Origin: Bacteroidota bacterium
GTDB lineage: Bacteria; Bacteroidota; Bacteroidia; UKL13-3
NCBI GenBank assembly: GCA_947477885.1
Contig: CANJUD010000004.1
Coordinates: forward strand, 36,997 to 100,996
Direction: 5' to 3'
DNA: 64,000 nt
The notes beneath the pieces are model-generated. The model made no database searches. It was given only the letters and a program-made list of their open reading frames with translations, and was not told where the DNA came from. Position 1 is the stretch's first letter, and every line of letters begins with the position of its first letter. Of this stretch, positions 10,665-21,526 are shown in pieces. Made by a program: the position numbers and the translations under genes.

Positions 10665-10693
10665 CTTTCCAAAAGTTATAAACTTTTGGAAAG
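10665..10693. repeat. REP-like palindrome
   Basis: ctttccaaaagtt-ata-aacttttggaaag, a 13-bp perfect inverted repeat. Confidence 0.65.
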
Positions 10694-10704
10694 CTAACAG
10701 CTAA

Positions 10705-13275
10705 CTATTTATTACTTTCAAATGCTTGCTTAATCAAGAAACTTATATATTGTCTATGTGCTGTAGTTTCTTTGTTAACTGGCGTTGCACCCACAGCTGG
10801 TGCTGCATTCACCATGCCATTGATATTTTTCAATGATTGATATACTGCTGCTTTGGCAACAAAATCACCACTGAAACTTCCCAACATATCTATCAAACGA
10901 GTTACATAAGCTGCTTGCAAATTTTGGCGAACCGTATTCACATTTGCTCCTTGGTCATCTTTGAAAATGGCATTGGTTAATTCGCCCATCATATCTGTAA
11001 CGGTATATTTATTTCCATACTGGCGGCTATCTGTTAAGCGACGCAAAGTATTACTGCTAAGCAAATGTCCGAGAACACCTGTTTGTATATTTAATATACG
11101 TGAATGTATTTTTGGGTCTTCTGTATTTCCAAAGAAATTAAATCCCCTGCGTTGCATTTGTAAGTATGGATATAAACTTTGAGCAGCATCAAAAGCATCA
11201 GGGGCAAATATATTTTTCGCCAGTATGCTCATCGCTTTCTTTTGGTCGGTTAATGGCACTGGAGTATAGGGTTGGGTAGATCCAAGTTGCCCCATGAATC
11301 CTCGGTTCACATACACGCCACCCACATAACGGCTTACTACTGTTGCAGCACTGTTCATCTCACCAGTTAATATCAAATATCCTTGACGCAATTCTTGATA
11401 GCTTTGTGCGGGTTTATTATATTTGTCTTTCAAGCCAAGCATATAAGCATTCACCAATTTAAAACGACTAGCTGAATAACCCAAAACGTCTTTACTAATA
11501 TCATTGACATTTACTCTGGGGTCGATACCGTTAAATGAACTACGCATATCATCAGCATCATTACCAAAAATAAGCAAACTATCATTCGATTTTTCTAAAA
11601 TCTGTGTGATTCTTCTTTCTTCAGTTGAAGCATTTTCGTCGGCTGCACTATATGCATATTCTATTGCCCAATTATCATAAGGACCAGGTTTGTTGGTAAA
11701 GTACAATCCTTGCTTGGCCTTGTCAGCAGCTAGATTCACGGCTGGGTAATCCATTACAGAGGCTGTTAATCCCAATCTGTCCGTAATAGCTTTATCATTC
11801 AATTGGTCGGGCCACAGCATTTGACTAGCTTTCATATTGTGATTCAAACCCATGGTATGTCCCATTTCGTGCAATACCAAATAGTATAAACTTTGTTTTA
11901 GATATTCTTTTACATCAACCTCACTTGCACCTTGAGCTGCCAAAGCTGTGCGACCCAGTATCATATTATGCTGCATACTTTCGCCCAATTGGCAGCAGTG
12001 TTTTCCTTTCACATCAGTCTCTTCTTTTTCATTCTCTATATTTAGTCCCGATGCATTGAAAAGTTTTTCTTGTTTCAATCTGTTGGTCACAAATATATAT
12101 TCGAGCATTATATCAGCACCCATAATCTGACCAGTACGTGGGTTCACAAAACTAGGGCCATAGCCACCAAATGGGGGATTGGGAGAAGAAGTCCAACGTA
12201 ATACATTATATCTAATATCACCTGCATCCCATGCTGCATCATCGGGTTGTTCGTTTATTACAACTGCATTTTTGAAACCTGCTTTTTCAAAAGCTAAATT
12301 CCAACGCAGTCCAGCTTCTTTTATAATAGGACGGAATTCTTTGGGAGTGGAGTTTTCAATCCACCAAGTGATTGGTTCAACAGGTTCGCTGATAGCAGCT
12401 GTCGGATCTTTCTTTACTAAATCCCACCGATGTATCATATCTTTATATGGAGTAGGAGATGTAGAAGTCATATCCTCTACCTCGGTGCTGAAGTACCCTA
12501 CACGCGGGTCATCACGGCGTGGTTTAAAATTATTGGCAGGCATTTCAATCAGCGTATGTTGCAAACGCACAGTTACTGAGCGTGCATCCGCTACTTCGCT
12601 TCCACCACCATTCATGGGCATGGGATTATCATATACATAATCAACTATTACATTGGTATTATAGGGATAGTTATGAATGGAAACATATTTAGATTTGTCT
12701 TTATTCAATCCACCCAGGCTAAAAAAGAAAGCGGCAAATGGACCACCCGAAGGAGCAGGTTTTACTTGGTGAAGGGCTTCACCCATAAATATACTATTAG
12801 CATCCAATAAATATTCTTGCTTGGCAGTATCATATACAGTTACTTTTAAACTTGCCAATACCGCATCGCTCACATTTGCATCGGCCGATTTACTGATGGC
12901 ATTTTGTGGGTCGAAATAGAAATTGGTATTTTTACTGATGAATTCAATTTTATCATAATATTTGCGTAGACCGAACACACGATTATCTCTAAAATTTCCG
13001 CGATTATGACCTGTTTCCACCAATCCATTTTCAGAATAGGCAAAGTAAATATATTCTTTATCAATTTGACTTTTCTTAACGGATATCCATAAATTCCCAG
13101 TCGTGGTGTCCTGATAGAGATTGAATAGCCCTTCGAATTTTTTGCAAGGTTTTACTTTTTCTTCAAAAGCATTTTTCTTTTTTTCATCGGGTTTTGAGGG
13201 CTTTTCCTCGGTTGCGAAAGTGCTTCCAATTGAAAATGCAAAGATTAATGCGTAGGTAATATTTTTACTCATCAT
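10705..13275 (-). CDS. Secreted zinc-dependent metalloprotease (DUF5117/DUF5118/EcxA-like metzincin)
   Basis: Signal peptide; PRRDDPRVGYF; HEMGHTMGLNH zinc motif; SVMDY Met-turn. Confidence 0.9.
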   Translation of the reverse strand: MMSKNITYALIFAFSIGSTFATEEKPSKPDEKKKNAFEEKVKPCKKFEGLFNLYQDTTTGNLWISVKKSQIDKEYIYFAYSENGLVETGHNRGNFRDNRVFGLRKYYDKIEFISKNTNFYFDPQNAISKSADANVSDAVLASLKVTVYDTAKQEYLLDANSIFMGEALHQVKPAPSGGPFAAFFFSLGGLNKDKSKYVSIHNYPYNTNVIVDYVYDNPMPMNGGGSEVADARSVTVRLQHTLIEMPANNFKPRRDDPRVGYFSTEVEDMTSTSPTPYKDMIHRWDLVKKDPTAAISEPVEPITWWIENSTPKEFRPIIKEAGLRWNLAFEKAGFKNAVVINEQPDDAAWDAGDIRYNVLRWTSSPNPPFGGYGPSFVNPRTGQIMGADIMLEYIFVTNRLKQEKLFNASGLNIENEKEETDVKGKHCCQLGESMQHNMILGRTALAAQGASEVDVKEYLKQSLYYLVLHEMGHTMGLNHNMKASQMLWPDQLNDKAITDRLGLTASVMDYPAVNLAADKAKQGLYFTNKPGPYDNWAIEYAYSAADENASTEERRITQILEKSNDSLLIFGNDADDMRSSFNGIDPRVNVNDISKDVLGYSASRFKLVNAYMLGLKDKYNKPAQSYQELRQGYLILTGEMNSAATVVSRYVGGVYVNRGFMGQLGSTQPYTPVPLTDQKKAMSILAKNIFAPDAFDAAQSLYPYLQMQRRGFNFFGNTEDPKIHSRILNIQTGVLGHLLSSNTLRRLTDSRQYGNKYTVTDMMGELTNAIFKDDQGANVNTVRQNLQAAYVTRLIDMLGSFSGDFVAKAAVYQSLKNINGMVNAAPAVGATPVNKETTAHRQYISFLIKQAFESNK

Positions 13276-13443
13276 ATTTTTTGTTTTAAGGAGTTCGTGA
13301 ATTGAAAATTTCATAATTGGTTGTTTAGAAATTAATATTTTTTTGAATTTTAAAGGCTGCGAAATTAAGCCTGTATCTGTTTCAAAAATGCATTTATAAA
13401 AAAACCGCCATTGAGACGGTTTTAAAAAACATTTTGGTGGCGA

Positions 13444-14115
13444 TTATTTACTTGCAGGAATAGCCTTTTTCTTCTCCTCATCTACAAGCGTTGCCCACTG
13501 CAATAAGTAGCCGTTTTTGAAATAATTAAGTTTATTTATGTCAACCAAAAACCTTCTACAGTTTTCACGAGGGTGAATATCACGGCGTTTTAAGAAATCG
13601 GTTTTAGCGTATGATGCTCCAATTTTAGTGAGTGCTTCGGCTTCGGTTAAATTAGAAGTTGATTTAAGCAATGCTGACTGCATCAATATGCTGCAAGTGG
13701 AAACATATCTTCCTATTTGTCCAAACAATATATCAAATTCGTAGGTCATCTCAACTTGGAATAGGTGATTGCCATCGGGTGCTAATAAAACGATAGAAGG
13801 CAGAATAAATATGTCATGCTTCTTTGCATAGGTGGTCCCAAATTCCTGGGCAATATCACCATTGATACAAAAGTACTTTGGCCCAACAAATTTTCTAATT
13901 GAATCACTCGACATTATTTCACGCGTAAATTTTTTACTGGTATAGCAATGTTGCGAATGTATATAGATTAAAATGGGTTTGTTCTCCCTTTTTGCATAGG
14001 GAATTATTCTGTCTAAACCCTCTTTCGACATATAAGAAATGCCTCTTATTTCAGAATAAGCTTGAAAGCTTGTAATAAGTAATAATGATACAATAAATAT
14101 ATTGCGCACTTTCAT
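13444..14115 (-). CDS. Secreted thioredoxin-fold protein (CxxS)
   Basis: Signal peptide; AKRENKPILIYIHSQHCYTS; LPSIVLLAPDG. Confidence 0.7.
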   Translation of the reverse strand: MKVRNIFIVSLLLITSFQAYSEIRGISYMSKEGLDRIIPYAKRENKPILIYIHSQHCYTSKKFTREIMSSDSIRKFVGPKYFCINGDIAQEFGTTYAKKHDIFILPSIVLLAPDGNHLFQVEMTYEFDILFGQIGRYVSTCSILMQSALLKSTSNLTEAEALTKIGASYAKTDFLKRRDIHPRENCRRFLVDINKLNYFKNGYLLQWATLVDEEKKKAIPASK

Positions 14116-14210
14116 TTTTTAAATTTAACATCACGAAAATAGGTTAAATTTTTTACTTCACATCACACTTTATCAAATGGTGCTATATTATGTCTGAAAG
14201 GTTAGATATT

Positions 14211-15611
14211 TTATACAATCCATATTTTTGATGGATTTAAGACTAAATTAGGATCCAATGATTTTTTAATAGACTTATAAATTTCAATAATTTTTGGATC
14301 CATGAATTTGTGGAAATAGGGTCTCTGCACATGACCTATTCCATGTTCTCCGGATATAGTGCCGCCAAGTTCAAAACATTTGGCAAATATTTGGTTAATT
14401 GCTTCGGGAATTTTATGCTGCCAGTAGTCGTTATCCAAATCATCTTTCAATATATTAATGTGCAAATTTCCATCGCCCGCATGTCCATATATTATAGTTC
14501 TAAAATTATATTCTTTTTCAATACGGTCTATTTCGGATAATAGTTCAGGCAAATAAAAACGAGGTATTACGGTATCTTCTTCTTTATATACATTTCCATG
14601 TTTAGCTGCTTCGCCAATACTTCGGCGTATTTTCCATATATTTTCTTTTTGGTCCGCACTATCAAATGTATATATCTCGAGGCAGTTGCTTGCGTATAAT
14701 ATTTCCGATGCCTGCAGTGCTTCTTCTTCCAATGTATTAAGATGATTACCGTCAAACTCAATCAACAGAAATGCTTTTGATTGAGGAGGGTATTCAAATG
14801 TTTTCCCCAGGAATGACAATGAAGTTTGCAATGCTCGAACTGTAATAAATTCACAGGCAGAAGGAGTGAGGCCGGCCTGAAAAAGCATGGCTACATTTTT
14901 ACACGCATCTATATTGTTTTCAAAACATGCCAACATCAAATAATCGAAACGGGGCAGAGGGATTAATTTTAAAACTATTTTGGTAACTATGCCCAAGGTT
15001 CCTTCGCTGCCCACCATCAATTGCGTAATATTATAGCCTGTTGAATTTTTGAGCACGTTGGCTCCGGTATTTATAATATCGCCATTGGCTAGTACAACCT
15101 CCAAATTGAGAACATAATCTTTGGTAGTGCCATATTTTACTGCCTTTGGGCCGCCGCTGCTATGTGCAATATTTCCCCCAAGCGAGCAGGAACCTTTGCT
15201 AGCTGGATCGGGAGGGTAAAAAAGGTTTTTTGCTTTGGCAGCATTCTGCAAATCTTCATTGATAACTCCAGGCTCAACTATTGCTTGCAAATTTTGTTCA
15301 TCAATTTGTATTATATGATTTAGTTCTTTTAGGTTCAACACCACACCGCCCATCACCGGCAATGCACCGCCAGACAGACCAGTGCCTGCACCCCGCGTAG
15401 TAACTGGAATTAGATTCAGGTTGCAATATTTTACCACACCACTAATCTCTGAAACATTTGCAGGTATGATAACCACCTCGGGCATAAAAGATAAATTTTC
15501 AGTATAATCTTTCGAATTAATTTCTAAAGTTTCAGCATCTAAATATACATTTTCTTCTCCAACTAGGGATTTGAAAATTTCTATATCTGTTTCAATTATT
15601 TTCTTATACAT
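14211..15611 (-). CDS. FAD-linked oxidase (GlcD/D-lactate dehydrogenase family)
   Basis: RGAGTGLSGG, PPDPAS, GSEGTLGIVT, GHAGDGNLH, SGEHGIG. Confidence 0.92.
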   Translation of the reverse strand: MYKKIIETDIEIFKSLVGEENVYLDAETLEINSKDYTENLSFMPEVVIIPANVSEISGVVKYCNLNLIPVTTRGAGTGLSGGALPVMGGVVLNLKELNHIIQIDEQNLQAIVEPGVINEDLQNAAKAKNLFYPPDPASKGSCSLGGNIAHSSGGPKAVKYGTTKDYVLNLEVVLANGDIINTGANVLKNSTGYNITQLMVGSEGTLGIVTKIVLKLIPLPRFDYLMLACFENNIDACKNVAMLFQAGLTPSACEFITVRALQTSLSFLGKTFEYPPQSKAFLLIEFDGNHLNTLEEEALQASEILYASNCLEIYTFDSADQKENIWKIRRSIGEAAKHGNVYKEEDTVIPRFYLPELLSEIDRIEKEYNFRTIIYGHAGDGNLHINILKDDLDNDYWQHKIPEAINQIFAKCFELGGTISGEHGIGHVQRPYFHKFMDPKIIEIYKSIKKSLDPNLVLNPSKIWIV

Positions 15612-15787
15612 TAGAGTTGTTTTATATACGTCCGTCATCCTATAAGAGCCGCCTTGGTTAATTTATTTCAGCATGACGAATTATACATTTTTTAATCATG
15701 CAAAAATATATAATATATAGTGACTATTCGCATTATAAAATTAACATAATGGTGTTGGGTTTTATTTAATAACTTCGCGGATTCTAT

Positions 15788-16654
15788 ATGCTAAGGACTT
15801 TGCTGCTCATATTAATTTCACTGTTGATAAATTCTTGTCTTAAGCGGTTTATCAAATCGGATAAAGAAATTGAAAAACATTATAGTAATAAATTAATCAA
15901 ACCTCAATATCATACCTTGCATACTTTGGGGTTTAAAGTTAATTATGCAACAGTATGCACTGATAGCACACTTCCATTGCTAGTGATGATACATGGTGCA
16001 CCAGGTGCATGGTATGGCTGGATGGCGCAATTGGATGATACTATTTTGCAAAAGAATTTTAGAATGTTGGCATTCGACAGACCTGGCTATAATAAATCGC
16101 GAGAAGGTAGAACGGTGAATGATATAGATAGCCAAACTATGATCATAAACAAACTCATTGAAATGCATAGAATGGGAACAAAAGTAATAGTGATGGGTAG
16201 GTCGTATGGAAGCCCAATAGCAATAATGGCGGCTGCACTGCACCCTGAGTGGGTAGATGGACTAATGCTCATTTCATCAGCAACAGATTCAGTATCCGAA
16301 AAATATTATTGGTTTTCTAGACTGGGGAAAACCAAGTTGGTGCGATGGTTGCTGCCCGCACCATTAAATACAGCAACGAATGAAAAATTTGCACATCCAT
16401 TACAGTTAGGCAAGGCCAAAAAGTATTATAGTAAAGTAAAATGCCCCGCCGTAATTATATATGGCGACAAGGATTACGTGGCCTATAATATAAATTCAAC
16501 AAAACTTGATTCTGAAATGCTGAATAGTCCACACAAGTTGATATGCGTGAAAGGTGCTGATCATTTTATCGCATTGAAAAGACCCGAAATAGTGCGGGAA
16601 GAGTTAATGGAAATGCTATCTAAAATAGGAATAGTTCCAAACTACAAACATTGA
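15788..16654 (+). CDS. Alpha/beta hydrolase lipoprotein
   Basis: HGAPG, DRPGY, GRSYG nucleophile elbow, catalytic D and H; lipobox INSC. Confidence 0.9.
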   Translation: MLRTLLLILISLLINSCLKRFIKSDKEIEKHYSNKLIKPQYHTLHTLGFKVNYATVCTDSTLPLLVMIHGAPGAWYGWMAQLDDTILQKNFRMLAFDRPGYNKSREGRTVNDIDSQTMIINKLIEMHRMGTKVIVMGRSYGSPIAIMAAALHPEWVDGLMLISSATDSVSEKYYWFSRLGKTKLVRWLLPAPLNTATNEKFAHPLQLGKAKKYYSKVKCPAVIIYGDKDYVAYNINSTKLDSEMLNSPHKLICVKGADHFIALKRPEIVREELMEMLSKIGIVPNYKH

Positions 16655-16671
16655 TGATTAGCAGATATAAG

Positions 16672-17025
16672 TTATTTCCCTGGACAAACTATTTCACCTT
16701 CTGCGGTTTTCTCACCTTTTTCGCTTTTTGCGGTATACTTATATTTTCCGGGTTTCTTCATTAGCGATGTTTTGTTACGGAATACTACATCAATAGCTCC
16801 AGCATATTTGCCTTCTATGAATATATAAATTTTACCACAGTCTGTGCAATCGCAGGTAAATTCTACCATGTCGTATTGACTCTCATCTACCATCGTAGTT
16901 GATTTGTCATCGTCTTGAACTTTTGCTGTTACTTTCAAATCCAAAGTGTTTTCTTCAATCAACTTAAAGCTACTAAAGCTAAAAGTGATGGAGGCAGCTA
17001 TAATAATATATACTAATTTTTTCAT
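16672..17025 (-). CDS. Secreted hypothetical protein
   Basis: Signal peptide, CDCTDC cluster; same strand, 12 nt downstream of the porE-like gene. Confidence 0.7.
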   Translation of the reverse strand: MKKLVYIIIAASITFSFSSFKLIEENTLDLKVTAKVQDDDKSTTMVDESQYDMVEFTCDCTDCGKIYIFIEGKYAGAIDVVFRNKTSLMKKPGKYKYTAKSEKGEKTAEGEIVCPGK

Positions 17026-17037
17026 GATCTTAGTTTT

Positions 17038-19065
17038 TTATTTACGGGCTTTTGGTGTTTTACCTTTTGGAGCTTCTTTTGCTGGTTTCTTAGGAGGAAG
17101 TTTAGAGATGAAAGCTTTACCAGTAACTTTCACTGTTGTACGCCTGTTTGCCTGATGTTCGGTATCCGTACACTTTATAGATGGTTCCATGCCTTTTTCT
17201 TTTTCACAAGCACAATCATTTACCAAATATGTTTCTCCATATCCTTTGGCAACTAGTCTTTCTTTTTCAATACCATTGCGAATCAAATAATCAACAGCTG
17301 AATCAGCACGACGTTGGGATAGGTTAATATTATAATCGTAAGTAGCACGACAGTCAGTATGCGACCCTAGCTCAATAGTAATTTTAGGATATTTATTTAA
17401 TATACCAATTAATGAGTCTAGTATCAACGCAGCATCAGGACGAATGCGGGCACTATCCAAGTCGTAGTATATACCTGGAACATTGAAATATTTGTCAACA
17501 GGTAATTCATCCAAACAAAAATCTTGACGGAGCGTAGTCGATACTTCTATTCCCATTGTGGATACTTCTTCTACTTTGCTATCAATATATAAGTCCTCAC
17601 GTTTTTGTGCATATAAACTATATTCAGCATTGGGTTTTAAATTGCATTTGGTTTTGTACTCACCCTTCGCATCTGTTTTAATAGTAAGCACTTCATTATT
17701 GATACTATTATTAATAGTAACTGTTGCATTCGGAATTGGTTGATGATCCACACATCCAGTAACTTTACCCACTAAACAAATTTCCATAGGCAATAAATAG
17801 AAGCGGTAAATATCGTCGCCACCCTTACCTCCAGGTCTGTTTGATGTGAAATATCCAGTCTCTTTTGTTTTGTCGCAAATCAAGGCAAAGTCATCTCCGC
17901 CTGTGTTTATAGGCCATTTCATATTTTTAGGTTTGGTCCATTCTTTACCTACACCAGCTGAGTAAAAAATATCCATTCCACCCATTCCAGGGTGTCCATT
18001 TGAAGCGAAGAACAAACTTCCATCATCATGCACCCAAGGATAAACTTCATCTTTAATTGTATTAATTGTTGGGCCGCAGTTTACTGGTTCGCCCCAATCT
18101 TTGGTCTTTTTATTATAACGTGCAAACCAAATATCTAATCCGCCAATACCACCATCCATTTCACTTACAAAATATAGTGTTTCTCCATCAGGCGAAATAG
18201 ATGGGTCGGTGCATTGATACAAACTATCATTGTTGAAATTAAGCAACTCTGGTGCAGCATATTCTTTACCATTGTCTTCGCATGAGTATATTTTGCAGCG
18301 TTTCTCTTTACCATCACGTCCATTGCAAATGGTCAAATACACTTTTCCTTTTTTATCGGCTTGGCATGAACCATCGTTATAAGGCGAATTAATTTTACCC
18401 TTCAAAATAACTGGCGGTTTCATTTGAGCCGTTTTAAGATTGATGGTAGTAGAATATAAATCTGAAAAACCTCCAGATGTCCATGGATATTTTTTGGTTC
18501 CATTTCCACCGGGTCTATCAGTAGTGAAAAGTACTTGATCTTTTTTATAATAGGCAGGGGCGTAATCAAAATAGCGTGTATTAATTACTTTGCAATTTTC
18601 GATGCGGTATTTTGGTTTATCCTTTTTCCACTTTAATGCTTGCTCACTACCAGCTATCATTACATCGGCAAGGCTATCATCGGGGTTAGATTTTTTATAA
18701 TTGTTAAATTCAACAATAGCTTGCTCGTAATGCTCATTAAGCATTTCAATGCGGCCAATGTAATAACCTATCAATGGGTCTTTGTGCTCCTGCTTAATGG
18801 CAGTTCTGAACCACTTTTCAGCGTCTTTAAAATTATCAGCCTTATAATATGCCTCGGCTGCACGGTATGCTGCTTCTGCACGTTCGGGTTTGGTTTTTGA
18901 TTTTGTATATACATTTTTGTATACTTTGGCAGCTTCTCCATAAGCCAAGCTTTCTTCTAAAATTTTGCCTTTTTGTATAGTATCCTTACCACCACCACAA
19001 CTAAATCCGAAGATCACTAACGCAATCATCATAATTGCAGATTGCTTGAGCGTTATTTTTGTCAT
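17038..19065 (-). CDS. PorE-like lipoprotein (TPR, PD40 beta-propeller, carboxypeptidase-regulatory-like and OmpA domains)
   Basis: Lipobox GFSC; TPRs; GGLDIW/GGMDIF/GGDDIY PD40 repeats; SHTDCR...NLSQRRA...NRRT OmpA domain; start refined to 19065. Confidence 0.88.
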   Translation of the reverse strand: MTKITLKQSAIMMIALVIFGFSCGGGKDTIQKGKILEESLAYGEAAKVYKNVYTKSKTKPERAEAAYRAAEAYYKADNFKDAEKWFRTAIKQEHKDPLIGYYIGRIEMLNEHYEQAIVEFNNYKKSNPDDSLADVMIAGSEQALKWKKDKPKYRIENCKVINTRYFDYAPAYYKKDQVLFTTDRPGGNGTKKYPWTSGGFSDLYSTTINLKTAQMKPPVILKGKINSPYNDGSCQADKKGKVYLTICNGRDGKEKRCKIYSCEDNGKEYAAPELLNFNNDSLYQCTDPSISPDGETLYFVSEMDGGIGGLDIWFARYNKKTKDWGEPVNCGPTINTIKDEVYPWVHDDGSLFFASNGHPGMGGMDIFYSAGVGKEWTKPKNMKWPINTGGDDFALICDKTKETGYFTSNRPGGKGGDDIYRFYLLPMEICLVGKVTGCVDHQPIPNATVTINNSINNEVLTIKTDAKGEYKTKCNLKPNAEYSLYAQKREDLYIDSKVEEVSTMGIEVSTTLRQDFCLDELPVDKYFNVPGIYYDLDSARIRPDAALILDSLIGILNKYPKITIELGSHTDCRATYDYNINLSQRRADSAVDYLIRNGIEKERLVAKGYGETYLVNDCACEKEKGMEPSIKCTDTEHQANRRTTVKVTGKAFISKLPPKKPAKEAPKGKTPKARK

Positions 19066-19277
19066 TTTTAAAAAAGTGAGTTTTTGGTCCTTTATTTCGG
19101 GTGTCAAATTTGCGGAAAGAATCGACACAAACAAAATTTTAAGATTGAACAAATTAAAAAAAATGTTCATAACACGCTGCATCCTTTGATAGTCCATGGT
19201 TTTATTACTTTGTTTAAGTAAAAAATATTTCCATAATTTTGTTTTTAAAGGCTAAATACTACTAAATTTGTACACCA

Positions 19278-19949
19278 ATGATTCATCAATCACCCCTAAA
19301 AGTTGTCTGCCTCGTCGTAATTTTTATAATTTCTTCATCTTTTACTGGAGGAAATAGTTCCGTAAAACTTGCCCGATTAAAATATAGTGGCGGGGGCGAT
19401 TGGTATGTGAGTCCAACTTCCTTGCCTAACCTTATTCAGTTTTGCAACCAAAATCTTGGAACACATATAGCCGAAGAGGAAGACCCTGTGGAAGTAGGGA
19501 GTCCTGAGTTATTTAATTATCCATGGGTTCATATAACTGGGCATGGCAATATGTTTTTCACAGATACTGAATCAAAAAATTTACGCAACTATCTCATAGC
19601 AGGCGGATTCTTAAATATTAATGACAGCTATGGTATGGATAAATTTATCCGTCGCGAAATGAAAAAAGTTTTTCCAGAATTGGATTTTATCGAACTTCCC
19701 TACACCCACGCACTTTATCATTCAGCTTACGATTTCTCGACTGGACTTCCCAAAATTCATGAACACGATAACAAACCCGCCCAAGGTTTCGGACTTATAT
19801 ATGAAGGCAGGCTCATTTGTTTTTATAACTATGAATGCGACCTCGGCGATGGCTGGGAAAATCCAGAGATACATAAAGATTCTCCCGAAAAAAGAACCAA
19901 AGCACTGCAAATGGGAGCCAATATTATTAAATATGCTTTTGGGAATTAG
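19278..19949 (+). CDS. DUF4159 domain protein
   Basis: LKYSGGGDWY, HITGHGN, GLPKIHEHD, DLGDGWE. Confidence 0.88.
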   Translation: MIHQSPLKVVCLVVIFIISSSFTGGNSSVKLARLKYSGGGDWYVSPTSLPNLIQFCNQNLGTHIAEEEDPVEVGSPELFNYPWVHITGHGNMFFTDTESKNLRNYLIAGGFLNINDSYGMDKFIRREMKKVFPELDFIELPYTHALYHSAYDFSTGLPKIHEHDNKPAQGFGLIYEGRLICFYNYECDLGDGWENPEIHKDSPEKRTKALQMGANIIKYAFGN

Positions 19950-20026
19950 TGGTCAGTAAACAGTAATCAGTAGTTAGTGCTGACGCCGAATGGCACTGAC
20001 TACTGTTTACTGACCACTGTCTACTA
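19947..20026. repeat. Hairpin with CAGTAGT-type heptamer arms around GCTGACGCCGAATGGCACT
   Basis: The two arms are reverse complements apart from one extra heptamer; core at 19979-19997. Confidence 0.8.
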
Positions 20027-20065
20027 AAATGAAAAATGTTAATTATTAAATAAAAAATATTCACG

Positions 20066-21220
20066 ATGTCATTCTATTTTAAACAAGGCCAAATACCCCG
20101 CAAACGTCATACACAGTTTCGCAAACCTGATGGATCATTATACTCAGAAGAGTTGGTGAGCACTGAGGGATTTAGCAGTATATATTCATTGGTATATCAT
20201 TCTCACCCGCCTACTTTGGTTAAGGAAATTGGAGAACCATTTAGTGTGGAGCCTAAAGTCGCATTGGCCAAAAATATGCAGAACCGTTCTTTCTTCACCT
20301 TTAAAACCGAGCCTTGCGACGATTATATAGAAAGCCGAAAAATATTGATGTGTAATAAAGACTTATATGTTACTGCTGCTGCACCCCGCAAATCGACTGA
20401 TTATTATTATAAGAATGCCGACGCCGATGAAGTGATCTTTGTTCACGAAGGTAGTGGTACTTTTAAAAGTGTATATGGCCAACTGGATTTTGCTTATGGC
20501 GATTATTTAGTAATACCCCGCGGAACTATATATCAATTGCAATTTGTCAATGAACAGAATCGTTTGTTTATTATAGAATCATTCAGTCCCATTCGTGCAC
20601 CCAAAAGATATTGTAATAAGGACGGACAGCTATTGGAGCATTCGCCTTATTGTGAACGCGACATCAAAACCCCCGAAAGACTTGAAACACATGATGAACA
20701 AGGCGACTTTAAAGTAATGATTAAGAAACAGGATTTAATATATCCATATACTTATCAAACACATCCGTTCGATGCAGTGGGTTGGGATGGATTTGTATAT
20801 CCTTATATATTTTCAATCCACGATTACGAACCGATAACAGGTCGCATACACATGCCACCACCTATACACCAAACATTTGAAGGAAACAACTTTGTAATAT
20901 GTTCTTTTGTTCCCCGTTTGTTCGATTATCATCCACTATCTGTTCCTGCACCATACAATCACAGCAATGTGGATAGTGACGAATTATTATATTATGTGGA
21001 TGGAGATTTCATGAGCCGCAAACATGTAGAACGCGGTATGATATCACTACATCCCAAAGGCATTCCGCATGGGCCACATCCAGGCACAGTAGAGAAATCG
21101 ATAGGAGCGAAGGAGACTAAAGAATTGGCAGTGATGATAGATCCTTTCCATCCATTACAATTAACTGAATATGCCATGGCAATGGAGGATAAGGGGTACT
21201 ATAAGAGTTGGGTGGAGTAA
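20066..21220 (+). CDS. hmgA: Homogentisate 1,2-dioxygenase
   Basis: KNADADE, IHMPPPIH, PYNHSNVDSDE, HGPHPG. Confidence 0.93.
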   Translation: MSFYFKQGQIPRKRHTQFRKPDGSLYSEELVSTEGFSSIYSLVYHSHPPTLVKEIGEPFSVEPKVALAKNMQNRSFFTFKTEPCDDYIESRKILMCNKDLYVTAAAPRKSTDYYYKNADADEVIFVHEGSGTFKSVYGQLDFAYGDYLVIPRGTIYQLQFVNEQNRLFIIESFSPIRAPKRYCNKDGQLLEHSPYCERDIKTPERLETHDEQGDFKVMIKKQDLIYPYTYQTHPFDAVGWDGFVYPYIFSIHDYEPITGRIHMPPPIHQTFEGNNFVICSFVPRLFDYHPLSVPAPYNHSNVDSDELLYYVDGDFMSRKHVERGMISLHPKGIPHGPHPGTVEKSIGAKETKELAVMIDPFHPLQLTEYAMAMEDKGYYKSWVE

Positions 21221-21306
21221 TTTAATGATTGAATGAGGTGTGATTGAATGGTTTTATTAGTTAAAAAATAATGATATATATTTGTTGTTCAATTAATACT
21301 TAATCT

Positions 21307-21522
21307 ATGTATACTTACAAATTACATTTACATAAGGAGGAAGATGGAGGGTTCACAGTTATTGTGCCTGCTCTGCCTGGCTGCATTACTTATGGTGAAT
21401 ATATTGACGAGGCTGTTTCAATGTCCAAAGAAGCTATAGAATTGTATATTGAAGAATTGAAAGAAAGAGGCGAAAAAATTCCTGATGATACCAATACTGT
21501 GGAATACTCTTTAAGTATATAA
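21307..21522 (+). CDS. hicB: HicB family antitoxin (short form)
   Basis: EEDGGFTVIVPALPGCITYG...EAIELYIE...GEKIP. Confidence 0.9.
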   Translation: MYTYKLHLHKEEDGGFTVIVPALPGCITYGEYIDEAVSMSKEAIELYIEELKERGEKIPDDTNTVEYSLSI

Positions 21523-21526
21523 AGAG

